Assembly: GCA_038831915.1 (NCBI GenBank) | Contig: JAWBKB010000005.1 | Location: 26,250-90,249, forward strand | Length of the DNA stretch: 64,000 bases | Direction: 5' to 3' | DNA from: Candidatus Caldarchaeum sp. | GTDB taxonomy: Archaea; Thermoproteota; Nitrososphaeria_A; Caldarchaeales; Caldarchaeaceae | In this document: positions 40,742-49,495 of the stretch, piece after piece | How positions within the stretch are numbered: the stretch's first letter is position 1 | How the letters are laid out: each line of letters starts with the position of its first letter | Position numbers and translations under genes: made by a program | The notes under the pieces: generated by a model | Told to the model about the DNA's origin: nothing | The model's database searches: none | The model's input: the letters and a program-made list of their open reading frames with translations, nothing else

Positions 40742-40848
40742 GCCTTAACGGTTATGACCGCCGGTTTCGCCTGAGCCGAAGCCTTCTTCGCTTCACGAAG
40801 CTGTCTCAGCAACGCTTCGTATTCTTCTTCTGTCATGCAGTGGCACAT
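40738..40848 (-). CDS. Unannotated 36-aa small protein (MCHCMTEEEYEALLRQLREAKKASAQAKPAVITVKA)
   Basis: Fills the gap after rnhA; TTTATA box about 27 nt upstream of the ATG; stop overlaps the rnhA stop. Confidence 0.6.
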   Translation of the reverse strand: MCHCMTEEEYEALLRQLREAKKASAQAKPAVITVKA

Positions 40849-40927
40849 GGTAATTTCACGGGTTATTGCTCGCCTATAAACTCTTCCGCCCTACACTTAT
40901 TATTCAGAAACGCCGTCGTACAGCGTC

Positions 40928-41575
40928 TTGGGCCGCGTAGTGAAAATTGCGGGGCTGAGGAAAGCTGTTGCGGAAAGGCTTGGATACAGCTGGAGAAATG
41001 CGTTGCCCGTTGCGTTGATGACGGACTTCGATGCATCGACCCTGATGAAAACATATCGCGAAGGAAAGGATAAGCACGGTGAAAATAGCCCTAGCATCAC
41101 AGCAATCGTAGTGAAACAAGTTGCGGAAGTTCTCGCCAAACACATGGAGTTTAACGCTAACATCGAAGGCGACGAAGTCAAAATTTTAGACGAAATAAAC
41201 ATCGCCGTCGCCGTGGACACATCCCGAGGCCTTTATGCACCCACCATCAAGCAGGTCGACAAAAAATCCCTGTTAGAAGTGGAAGCGGAGCTGAGAACGC
41301 TCGTCGATAAAGCGGTCAGCGGAAAAATCACTTTGAACGAATTAGCTGGACACGGGTTCACGGTTTCAAACCTCGGCCATCTCGGAATCACTTATTTCAC
41401 TCCAATCATCAATCCGCCGGACATCTGCATACTCGGAGTCGGAGCTGTCAGGGATTACAGTCACGGCCCGACAGGGCATCTCACGCTTGTCTTTGACCAC
41501 AGAGCCGTTGACGGAGCTCCGGCAGCAGAATTTCTACGAGAAGTTAAAAAACAGCTGGAAACTTTTTCGCCGTGA
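40928..41575 (+). CDS. 2-oxoacid dehydrogenase E2 acyltransferase, catalytic domain only
   Basis: NIAVAVDT, FTVSNLG, TPIINPP, FDHRAVDGA; no lipoyl domain. Confidence 0.88.
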   Translation: MGRVVKIAGLRKAVAERLGYSWRNALPVALMTDFDASTLMKTYREGKDKHGENSPSITAIVVKQVAEVLAKHMEFNANIEGDEVKILDEINIAVAVDTSRGLYAPTIKQVDKKSLLEVEAELRTLVDKAVSGKITLNELAGHGFTVSNLGHLGITYFTPIINPPDICILGVGAVRDYSHGPTGHLTLVFDHRAVDGAPAAEFLREVKKQLETFSP

Positions 41576-41581
41576 CACAGG

Positions 41582-42625
41582 TTGGTAAAATCAGTTTCCG
41601 TTTTGGCGAGCCACAGCGCGTTAGATGTTCTCGACGGAGCGAAGGAGGAGAAGTTTAGGACAGTGGCTGTGGCGAAGAAGGGACGTGAAAAACCTTACCA
41701 AATGTTTCCCGTAGTCGACGAGCTGATACTGGTGGATGAATTTGTCGACATGGTTTCGGAACATGTTTTGCGAAGACTGGGTGACAGCGTTTTTGTGCCG
41801 AACCGCAGCTTCTCCGTTTACGTCGGATACAACCGAATCGAGAAAAATTTCCCCATACCGGTTTTCGGCAACAGGTTTCTCCTCCGATGGGAAGAGAGAA
41901 CAGGCGAGGCCAACTATTACCGTCTCCTCGATGCTGCGAACATCCGAAGACCCGAGACATATCGCCTCGGCGAACCAGCAGGCCCTGTTTTAGTGAAGCT
42001 TCCCGAATCGAAAAGACCTGTGGAAAGAGAGTTTTTCGTCGCGGCGTCAGCGAAAGACGCCGAGCAAAAACTAAGAACTCTGCTGCAAAAGGACTACGTG
42101 GACGAACATTCTTTGGAGAAAATTTCGGTTGAGGAGTTTGTTTTGGGAGCTCATTTCAACGCAAATTTCTTCTACACCGTTATGCGGAAAAGGCTCGAGC
42201 TACACAGCATTGACCGCCGTATTCAGTCAAACCTCGACGGCGTTTATCGATTGCCAGCCGCAGACCAACTCGAAATCAATCCACACGTGAAATACATTGA
42301 AGTAGGACATGAACCTGCAACCATCCGCGAAAGCCTTTTGGAAAAAGTCTTCGAAATAGGGGAAAAATTCGTCGAAGCATGTCGCCGAATAGTTCCACCG
42401 GGAATCCTTGGGCCCTTCACTCTGCAGTTCATCGTAACACCGGAGCTTGATTTGGTCGTTTATGACGTCTCGACACGTATCGGCGGCGGCACAAACGTTT
42501 ACATGGGATACGGAGGCCAATATAGCAAACTCTATTTTGGCAAACCGATTTCGATGGGTAAAAGAATCGCCATGGAAATCCGTGAAGCGCTCGAAACAGG
42601 CTCGCTTGATGAGGTGACCACGTGA
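41582..42625 (+). CDS. PurP-family ATP-grasp protein (FAICAR synthetase-like)
   Basis: ASHSALD, FVPNRSF, GHEPATIRESLL, GPFTLQ, RIGGGTN. Confidence 0.85.
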   Translation: MVKSVSVLASHSALDVLDGAKEEKFRTVAVAKKGREKPYQMFPVVDELILVDEFVDMVSEHVLRRLGDSVFVPNRSFSVYVGYNRIEKNFPIPVFGNRFLLRWEERTGEANYYRLLDAANIRRPETYRLGEPAGPVLVKLPESKRPVEREFFVAASAKDAEQKLRTLLQKDYVDEHSLEKISVEEFVLGAHFNANFFYTVMRKRLELHSIDRRIQSNLDGVYRLPAADQLEINPHVKYIEVGHEPATIRESLLEKVFEIGEKFVEACRRIVPPGILGPFTLQFIVTPELDLVVYDVSTRIGGGTNVYMGYGGQYSKLYFGKPISMGKRIAMEIREALETGSLDEVTT

Positions 42626-43617
42626 AACCGCTCGACCCGGATAAACCCATAACACTCGCAACAGTGGCGAGCCATTCCGCTCTACAAATCCTCAAAGCAG
42701 CGAAAAAAACAGGGCTCGGCACGGCCGCGATAGCGTTCAACGAATCAGCCGCCTTCTACAAACAATTCACATTCATAGACGAAATCTTCGAAACAAAGCC
42801 CGATAAAATAGAGGAGCTGGAACCAGTACTGTCTATGCGAAACACAGTTTTCGTTCCGCATGGCAGCTTCGTCGAATACTGCGGCCCTGAAAAAGCTGAG
42901 AAATTCGACGTCCCGTTTTTCGGCACGCGGGTGCTGATTGAAGTCGAGGCAGACCAGAGGAAAAAGATGCAGCTGCTACGTGAAGCAAACATCCCAACTG
43001 CGGAGGAATATGACTCGGTTGACGCGGCCGAGCCACCTGTCATCGTAAAGAGGGGAGGAGCCAAGGGTGGTGTGGGATATTTTCTCGCGTTTTCAAAGAA
43101 AGAGCTGACTGAGAAAATTCACATGGTTTCAGCGCCCTACGTGATTCAGCGGTACGTTGTCGGAGTTCCTGTCTATGTTCATTTTTTCGCTTCCCCAGTG
43201 TTTGAGAGAGTGGAGCTATTCGGCACCGACATCCGTTATGAATCCAACGTCGACGGCCGTGTTTTCGGACTTGCAGAACCTTCTTTCGTCGTGATAGGTA
43301 ATAAGCCGGTTGTTTTACGCGAATCACTACTACCCCGACTCCACAATTACGGCGTATCTTTTGCGAAAACGGTTGAGAAGATGCTGGGAGCACCGATGAT
43401 AGGGCCCTTCTGCCTCGAAACAATCATCACCGACCAACTCGAAATCAAGGCTTTCGAATTTTCGGGCAGAATCGTCGCCGGTACAAACATTTACATGGGC
43501 GTGGGTTCACCATATTCCACGCTTTACTTCGACAAGCCCATGGACATGGGCGAAAGAATATCGCTTGAAATCAAGCAAGCCGCGGAAAAGGGATTACTTG
43601 ACAAAATCGTCACATAA
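42622..43617 (+). CDS. purP: Formate-dependent FAICAR synthetase PurP
   Basis: [40 protein letters not shown]. Confidence 0.88.
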   Translation: MKPLDPDKPITLATVASHSALQILKAAKKTGLGTAAIAFNESAAFYKQFTFIDEIFETKPDKIEELEPVLSMRNTVFVPHGSFVEYCGPEKAEKFDVPFFGTRVLIEVEADQRKKMQLLREANIPTAEEYDSVDAAEPPVIVKRGGAKGGVGYFLAFSKKELTEKIHMVSAPYVIQRYVVGVPVYVHFFASPVFERVELFGTDIRYESNVDGRVFGLAEPSFVVIGNKPVVLRESLLPRLHNYGVSFAKTVEKMLGAPMIGPFCLETIITDQLEIKAFEFSGRIVAGTNIYMGVGSPYSTLYFDKPMDMGERISLEIKQAAEKGLLDKIVT

Positions 43618-43666
43618 GATTCTCCGATGTAATCCTTAAAACGGTTTAAGCCGTTGGTTCTTCGGG

Positions 43667-45148
43667 TTGATTGACTGGAGCGGTTTGAAGCTCGAGCAGA
43701 TAGGCATCGTGGCGAGCCCGGCAGGCGAAACCACGGCCAGCTGCATTTTGCAGGAAGGAATGGAGTCGAAAATCACCGCGGAAACTCTCGTATTGATAAA
43801 CAACCGTAACGGGAACAAGATTCTCGCCGTTTGTAGAAGCGGAACAGGTAGCAACGACTCGCTGCGAACATCTTATTACAACCCTGGTGTGGCATACGCG
43901 AAGACCGGAAAAGGCCCGAGCACGGCGAAAGAATTTTTCGGTTTCACACTCGTGGTTATAGGCGACGTCACAGATGGAACAATCAAGCAGAACAAGCTCA
44001 TCATCGCTCCGGCCTCACCTATTTACAGGTTTCAACCCGGGTTCAACCCCATGAATCTTTTCGGAAACAGCCCCTACAGCATGGGATACTACGCGATGGG
44101 AGAGCCTTCGTGGAAAATCCCCGTGCTCGCAGAATACATACCGCATCATATCGGTGTCTTCGGAATAACTGGCTCAGGAAAATCCTACCTCACCCGCCAC
44201 CAGATAATCCCACTGCTTAGACAAGCGGGCTACGACGTTCTGGTCTTTGACTGGAAAGGAAGCGATTACGCACCCTACTACGATGATGTACTTGAAATGG
44301 GAGAAATTCAGCTCGACGAAAACTCTGTCTATTCTTTTCTCGTCGACAGGCTTCAGCATTTCGGTGGAGGTGAAACAGGGAAAAGAATCGAGTCATATCT
44401 TGAAGAAATAATTTCTGAAGGAGATTGGAGACGCGAAACCGCTCAGCAAACCCTAGAGAACCTACGTCAAAAACTACGTAACCTAATTACCGCGGATAAC
44501 ACCGACCAGAGAGGCAATATTTCACACTGGGGTCATAGCTATCTGCGGAGAGCCGAGAGATACCTGAACCGGCTAAGCGCCCAGGACATCGAGCCGTTGA
44601 TGGGTTCTGCCACGCCGCGCGACGTAATAGAAATGCTACGACAAAAACATGTTCTTGTCATCGACCTGAGCTACGGAGCGAAGGAGCAGAAGCTCAGCAT
44701 CTTTCTTTCGATCACAGGTTATTTGAAGCGTTTGATGGAGGAGAAACAAAGGTTGAATATCGCTTTAGTGGTTGACGAAGCTCCTCAATACTGTCCTTGG
44801 AACCCGAGAGGGTTGGAGGAGTTGACGACGCGTGAAATCATGGGGATAGCGGCGTTAGGCAGGTCTTATGGCTTGTCCATCACGTTGATTTCGCAGGGAA
44901 TCGCGGGCGATATCGGTATCAACGCCGCTGTCCGCCGCAACCTCAACACCTTGTTCATCGGAAGAATACATCCCCTCGACGTGCCCGAAGCTGAAAAATT
45001 CTTCGCAACAGCCTTCGTCGAAGCTGGAAGCCTTCTCAGACTGCCCGAAGGCCAGTTCTACATGATTGGAAAAATGAGCCCCTCACCTGTGCCGATTCTC
45101 TTAACCTTCGAAATTCCTGAATCTGAGAAGCTGCGGAAAAGCGGGTGA
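43667..45148 (+). CDS. HerA/FtsK-family ATPase (DUF87) with N-terminal HAS-barrel-like region
   Basis: HIGVFGITGSGKS, VFDWKGSDY, VVDEAPQY, GRSYGLSITLISQ, LPEGQF. Confidence 0.85.
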   Translation: MIDWSGLKLEQIGIVASPAGETTASCILQEGMESKITAETLVLINNRNGNKILAVCRSGTGSNDSLRTSYYNPGVAYAKTGKGPSTAKEFFGFTLVVIGDVTDGTIKQNKLIIAPASPIYRFQPGFNPMNLFGNSPYSMGYYAMGEPSWKIPVLAEYIPHHIGVFGITGSGKSYLTRHQIIPLLRQAGYDVLVFDWKGSDYAPYYDDVLEMGEIQLDENSVYSFLVDRLQHFGGGETGKRIESYLEEIISEGDWRRETAQQTLENLRQKLRNLITADNTDQRGNISHWGHSYLRRAERYLNRLSAQDIEPLMGSATPRDVIEMLRQKHVLVIDLSYGAKEQKLSIFLSITGYLKRLMEEKQRLNIALVVDEAPQYCPWNPRGLEELTTREIMGIAALGRSYGLSITLISQGIAGDIGINAAVRRNLNTLFIGRIHPLDVPEAEKFFATAFVEAGSLLRLPEGQFYMIGKMSPSPVPILLTFEIPESEKLRKSG

Positions 45149-45152
45149 ATTC

Positions 45153-46199
45153 ATGGGAGTTTTCCGTGTTTTCGCCGTCAAGGCATTCACCCTCGCCCTT
45201 GTTCTGTTAAGCGTTTTGTTCCTCGTCGTCGTTGTTCTCGGCTACACCGGGGTGTCTGACAGAATTCTCGCGGCTTACGTCAACGAGGAGCTGCGAACCG
45301 TTCGCCAAAGTTTGTCACAGAGAATCAAAGACCCCGCAGAGCTCGAAGACGCGGTTGAACAAGTAAAACAAGAGCTCTGGAGCTCATACGGACTCGACAG
45401 GCCGTGGTACGAAAGGATTCCGTCGATGGTTTTACGTGTTCTAACGCTTGACCTCGGATATTCCCGCACAATCACTTCTTTCGCCGGAAGTAGGAAAGTA
45501 GTCGACATCATAGCTGAACGCATCCCATACACCATAGTCCTCGTCACCACCGCCGTGGCCATAAGCGCCGTAATCGGAATCAGCCTCGGAATGAGAGCTG
45601 CATACGCGAGAGGCCGGCCCATCGATAAATTCATCGTCTATTTTTCGGCTGCGAGCTACGCCCTTCCATCGTGGTGGACAGGTTTGATGCTGATTTTCAT
45701 CTTCTATTCTGTTCTCCGGCTTTTTCCTTCGGGCGGGCTGTATAGCGCGCCACCACCAACCGACCCGTTCCTACGAGTACTGGACCTTCTCTGGCATGCG
45801 TTTCTCCCCATTTTAACGCTCGTGATAATCGTGGTTGGAGGCTGGGCATATGTTTCGCGGACAATCGTCCTAAACATCGTTCAGGAAGATTTTGTCCAGG
45901 TTGCGAAAGCCAAAGGCCTTCCTGACGGGTTGATACGACGGCGGTACGTGCTCAGGCCCGCAGCACCACCAATAGCTTCCAACATAGTCTTCGCCATAGC
46001 CGGCTCGATAGGAGGAGCCATCCTCACCGAAACCGTCTTCAACTGGCCAGGCATGGGAAGACTCTACTACGACGCCGTTTCAGCTTTCGACGAAGGCCTC
46101 GTCGTCGCCCTCACCTTCGTTTACAGCTTCATCTATATCGGCGCGAGATTTCTAATCGAGGTGTTGATTGTTGCACTTGACCCACGTGTGAGAGTTTGA
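45153..46199 (+). CDS. Peptide/nickel ABC transporter permease (DppB-like)
   Basis: YGLDRP, LDLGYS, PSWW, EDFVQVAKAKGL, ETVFNWPGMG, LDPRV. Confidence 0.92.
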   Translation: MGVFRVFAVKAFTLALVLLSVLFLVVVVLGYTGVSDRILAAYVNEELRTVRQSLSQRIKDPAELEDAVEQVKQELWSSYGLDRPWYERIPSMVLRVLTLDLGYSRTITSFAGSRKVVDIIAERIPYTIVLVTTAVAISAVIGISLGMRAAYARGRPIDKFIVYFSAASYALPSWWTGLMLIFIFYSVLRLFPSGGLYSAPPPTDPFLRVLDLLWHAFLPILTLVIIVVGGWAYVSRTIVLNIVQEDFVQVAKAKGLPDGLIRRRYVLRPAAPPIASNIVFAIAGSIGGAILTETVFNWPGMGRLYYDAVSAFDEGLVVALTFVYSFIYIGARFLIEVLIVALDPRVRV

Positions 46200-46235
46200 C
46201 AATCAATATAAGTGGGCATTTGCGCGTATAGATGA

Positions 46236-46976
46236 ATGAAGGTTTTATTGGCTGCGTCGGTTGTCGTGGCGTTGTTTGCTGGAGCCGTGGTCAGCGCGGT
46301 TTTCTATTCGGCCGTCTTTTCGCAAGCTATCGCCGATTATCAGAAACAAATCGATGAGCTCCTTGCTGAAAACTTTCGTCTGCAGAGCGAGTTGACCTCT
46401 TCCAGAAACAGGGTAGGCGGCCTCGAGTCTGAAGTTAAGACGTTTCAGTCTCTGTTAGAAGCTGCTGAAAGAAGGGCGAAGGAGCTTGACGAAAGAGTTG
46501 GCAGGCTTGAAACTCAGCTGCAACGGTTGAATGATGAAAATTCCGCGGTTAGGAGAGAAGTTGCTTCGCTCCGCGTAAAAATGGATGAAGTCAAAAAGGT
46601 TTTGACACAGTTGGAAAACGACCGTGTTATACTCAGCTGGATAAGGAGCGGGCCTCCGGACCAGCGGCAGGCTGCGAGAGATTACTGGAATGAAACACGG
46701 TCGCTTGTCGCGAAAAGCAACCCAACTCTTGTTTTAACTGTTGACAAAATACTGGACAGCCTCGAGCTTTACTTCGACTGGATTGAATCTGCGCCGCCGC
46801 TGAGAGACACTTCGAGAGCAGAAATTATAGCTTGGTGTCCGCTCTATATCGACTGGATTCTCAACGCGCCGCCGGGAGTAACCCAGTACACAGAGTCGAT
46901 TGAACAGTTGAATCAGGAAATTTTGCTGGTCGTCATCAGCCATATCGACGCGTTGTCGAAGTTGTTGGAGGGTTAG
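46236..46976 (+). CDS. Membrane-anchored coiled-coil protein (unknown function)
   Basis: N-terminal TM, about 100-aa heptad coiled coil, Trp-rich helical C-terminal domain. Confidence 0.75.
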   Translation: MKVLLAASVVVALFAGAVVSAVFYSAVFSQAIADYQKQIDELLAENFRLQSELTSSRNRVGGLESEVKTFQSLLEAAERRAKELDERVGRLETQLQRLNDENSAVRREVASLRVKMDEVKKVLTQLENDRVILSWIRSGPPDQRQAARDYWNETRSLVAKSNPTLVLTVDKILDSLELYFDWIESAPPLRDTSRAEIIAWCPLYIDWILNAPPGVTQYTESIEQLNQEILLVVISHIDALSKLLEG

Positions 46977-49495
46977 CGGCGTCGGAGGAAGATGACGGCT
47001 ATCACGGCGACAACTATTATTCCTACAACCGCTATTATCAGCCAAGATGGAAGAATGGGTTGCTCCGCCGCGGGGGTTGTTACCACTGTCGGGCGGGGAG
47101 TTGTCTGAACGGTTTCCGCGGCCTGTCTTCTTACTTCGATGCGTTCGACGATGTTGAAAGCTGTCGCGACTTCGTCGCTGTAAGCCACCGCCACCAATTC
47201 AAGAAACCCTGGTGAAAGGCCTGCTGTCTTAGACGCGGGTATGTTAATACGTAATGGTTCCCCATGGGTTTTTGCCGTTCCCGAATCTATTACCGCTCCT
47301 GTCGCAGGGTCTTTCAGCAGATAGGTTACAGCTGTGTCAGGAGGCCCTGCGACGCGCACCGTTATGGTGGCTTCTCCGCCTATCACCACGTTGCCCTCCA
47401 CTCTTTGTATTCGTGGTTTTTGAACCGCGCCGAAATACCATTTTCCAGGTTTGAATGGATAGGTTGGTTCTCTGAAGGCGCGGAGTTCGGCGAACTGTGA
47501 AGCAGGGTCGAAGACGGCGAGGTAGTAGGGACCGTTGCTGACCACGGCGAGGTTGTAGGTGTTTATCCAGTTGAGGAGTGTGCGGTATCTTGCTGCAGCG
47601 TTTTCAGGTGTTTCATATGTTTTTCCGCCGACGGTGAAAACGTTCGCAGGGAAGTAGTTTTTCGCGATGAAGTCGTTGACCGCGAGCCTGACGTAGTTGA
47701 CCTGCTCGCGTAGAACGAGGTTTAGCTGGTCGACTCGGAACCGAGCCGCGGCTGTATCGCTGTAAGCCACAAGCCTCCTCGTGAATACGAGGTCGTCGCA
47801 CGCCGCGAGAAGCTCCCACGGCATTCCACCGCCGAAAGCTTCAGCATACTCGGCTATGTAGCTCTGCTCAAAATTCCAGTAATCGACGTAGACTTCAAGC
47901 CTATTGGCGTCGAGAATTCTGAAGCCCTTGAATGTTTCGAGGATCGGTCGCGAAGTATATGCTAGGGCGAATTCGATTCGTGATTTGACGTCGTCATACG
48001 CGATGTCGAAGGTCTGGTAAATTCGATACAGAACGTCGGCCATGGTGATGGGAATGCCGTGATGCCATTTCGAAGAAGTGTACTGGGAGTAGTCGAAGAC
48101 GACTTTGCTGATGGCCCGTGTGCCGGGTGGGATGTTTCGCCAAGTTTTCGAGGCCGCGTCCCATGTGAAAGCATCGGATGGAACTTGTAGCGTGCCAGTC
48201 GGCCCCGCTGTTTCGACGGTGTAGCTTGCTCTGAAGGGCATCGGAAGCCCTGAGAAAGGATGACGTGTCAGAGCTGGGTCCGCTATAGCGCGCCACAAAT
48301 CGCTGCTGTAAACGTCGCCGAACCCGCCTACCGGGTTCCAAACGGTTCGAGGCGTCCAAACCCATAGGTGGCCAACGTTGAGAACATCTCTGCCTGGAAC
48401 ATGTGCTTCGCGGAGTGTCCAGATGCCGCGTGCACCTGCAGCCAAATCCTCCGTAATTCCTTTAAGCTGTTTTGACAACGGTGTGCTTTGGAGAACTACG
48501 GCGACCCAGATTCTCACCGACTCTGAAACACATTCTCGCAGAGCTCTGAGATACAGTTGGTCGCGTTCCTGACGGCTGGAATACTGGCCTTTTAAGATGC
48601 GTTGACCGATTTCGTCGAGAAGTGGGTTGCTGTACTGCCAGTATCCGAATTCCTGCCATCCCGGCATGTTTCCGAGCCATGGGGCGCAGAACTGGTTTAT
48701 CGAAGCCGAATCGTATTTTTCAAGCGCTCCACGTCCCCATCCCTCTGTGTAGATGTGCCACGTGAATTCAACCGGGTCGGTGGTGTAAACTCTCGCAATT
48801 GCCTGAGCAAACGGTAGGTAGATTCTGTCGACCGTGAAACCTGCTTTTTCAAGCTCTGATGCGACGAGGTCGCCGATTTCACGTCTTTCGTCTTCTGTGC
48901 GTATGATAAACTTGATTGTTATCGGGTTGTCTCGGTAGAACCATTTTCCGTCGCGTTTCACGGCTCCGGCCGCGGTCAAGGCGTTCGATATGATTCGGTT
49001 GCCGTATTCAGGGTCGTATTTTATTCCTGTTTCGAGGATGGTGTTAAAGAACTGGGCGTAGTCGTAGTCATATGGTGTTAGATGGGTTGTCATCGGCGTG
49101 GCCAGTCCACGGTAAAGCTCCCGCGAAACATATTCCCGGTTGACCAAGTATTGGAAGCCCTGTCTAACTTCCTTTATGCTGAACGGGTTGAAGCCACGCT
49201 GGTCAGGTGCTGGGTTGAGAATCAGCGACAGAAGAAGAGAAGGTGCTCTGACGACGGTGATGTCGGGTCTTGCTTCAAGAGCCTGAATCCGTGAAACACG
49301 CATGTTGTAGAGGTAGATGTCGATGTCTCCGCGTTCAAGTGCCTGAGGAGCTATTTCTTCCGCGTAGGCTCTGACACGGATTGTTTCGGCTGCTGGCCCC
49401 GGCTTCGTGTGAGGCGGCGTGTATTGCTGACCTGACACCGTTAAAACAGTGGACAAAACCAACAGCAACGCGATGAAAAAAGCGTGTTTTTTCAT
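46973..49495 (-). CDS. ABC transporter substrate-binding protein, family 5, with C-terminal anchor
   Basis: Signal peptide, NPFSIKEVRQ, IYTEGWG, WHHGIPITMADV, SNGPYYL, Thr-rich linker and TM. Confidence 0.88.
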   Translation of the reverse strand: MKKHAFFIALLLVLSTVLTVSGQQYTPPHTKPGPAAETIRVRAYAEEIAPQALERGDIDIYLYNMRVSRIQALEARPDITVVRAPSLLLSLILNPAPDQRGFNPFSIKEVRQGFQYLVNREYVSRELYRGLATPMTTHLTPYDYDYAQFFNTILETGIKYDPEYGNRIISNALTAAGAVKRDGKWFYRDNPITIKFIIRTEDERREIGDLVASELEKAGFTVDRIYLPFAQAIARVYTTDPVEFTWHIYTEGWGRGALEKYDSASINQFCAPWLGNMPGWQEFGYWQYSNPLLDEIGQRILKGQYSSRQERDQLYLRALRECVSESVRIWVAVVLQSTPLSKQLKGITEDLAAGARGIWTLREAHVPGRDVLNVGHLWVWTPRTVWNPVGGFGDVYSSDLWRAIADPALTRHPFSGLPMPFRASYTVETAGPTGTLQVPSDAFTWDAASKTWRNIPPGTRAISKVVFDYSQYTSSKWHHGIPITMADVLYRIYQTFDIAYDDVKSRIEFALAYTSRPILETFKGFRILDANRLEVYVDYWNFEQSYIAEYAEAFGGGMPWELLAACDDLVFTRRLVAYSDTAAARFRVDQLNLVLREQVNYVRLAVNDFIAKNYFPANVFTVGGKTYETPENAAARYRTLLNWINTYNLAVVSNGPYYLAVFDPASQFAELRAFREPTYPFKPGKWYFGAVQKPRIQRVEGNVVIGGEATITVRVAGPPDTAVTYLLKDPATGAVIDSGTAKTHGEPLRINIPASKTAGLSPGFLELVAVAYSDEVATAFNIVERIEVRRQAAETVQTTPRPTVVTTPAAEQPILPSWLIIAVVGIIVVAVIAVIFLRRR

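Noticed and set aside
41582-43617. Tandem purP paralogues as a novelty
   Set aside because: Paired PurP and PurP-like genes are already known in many archaea.
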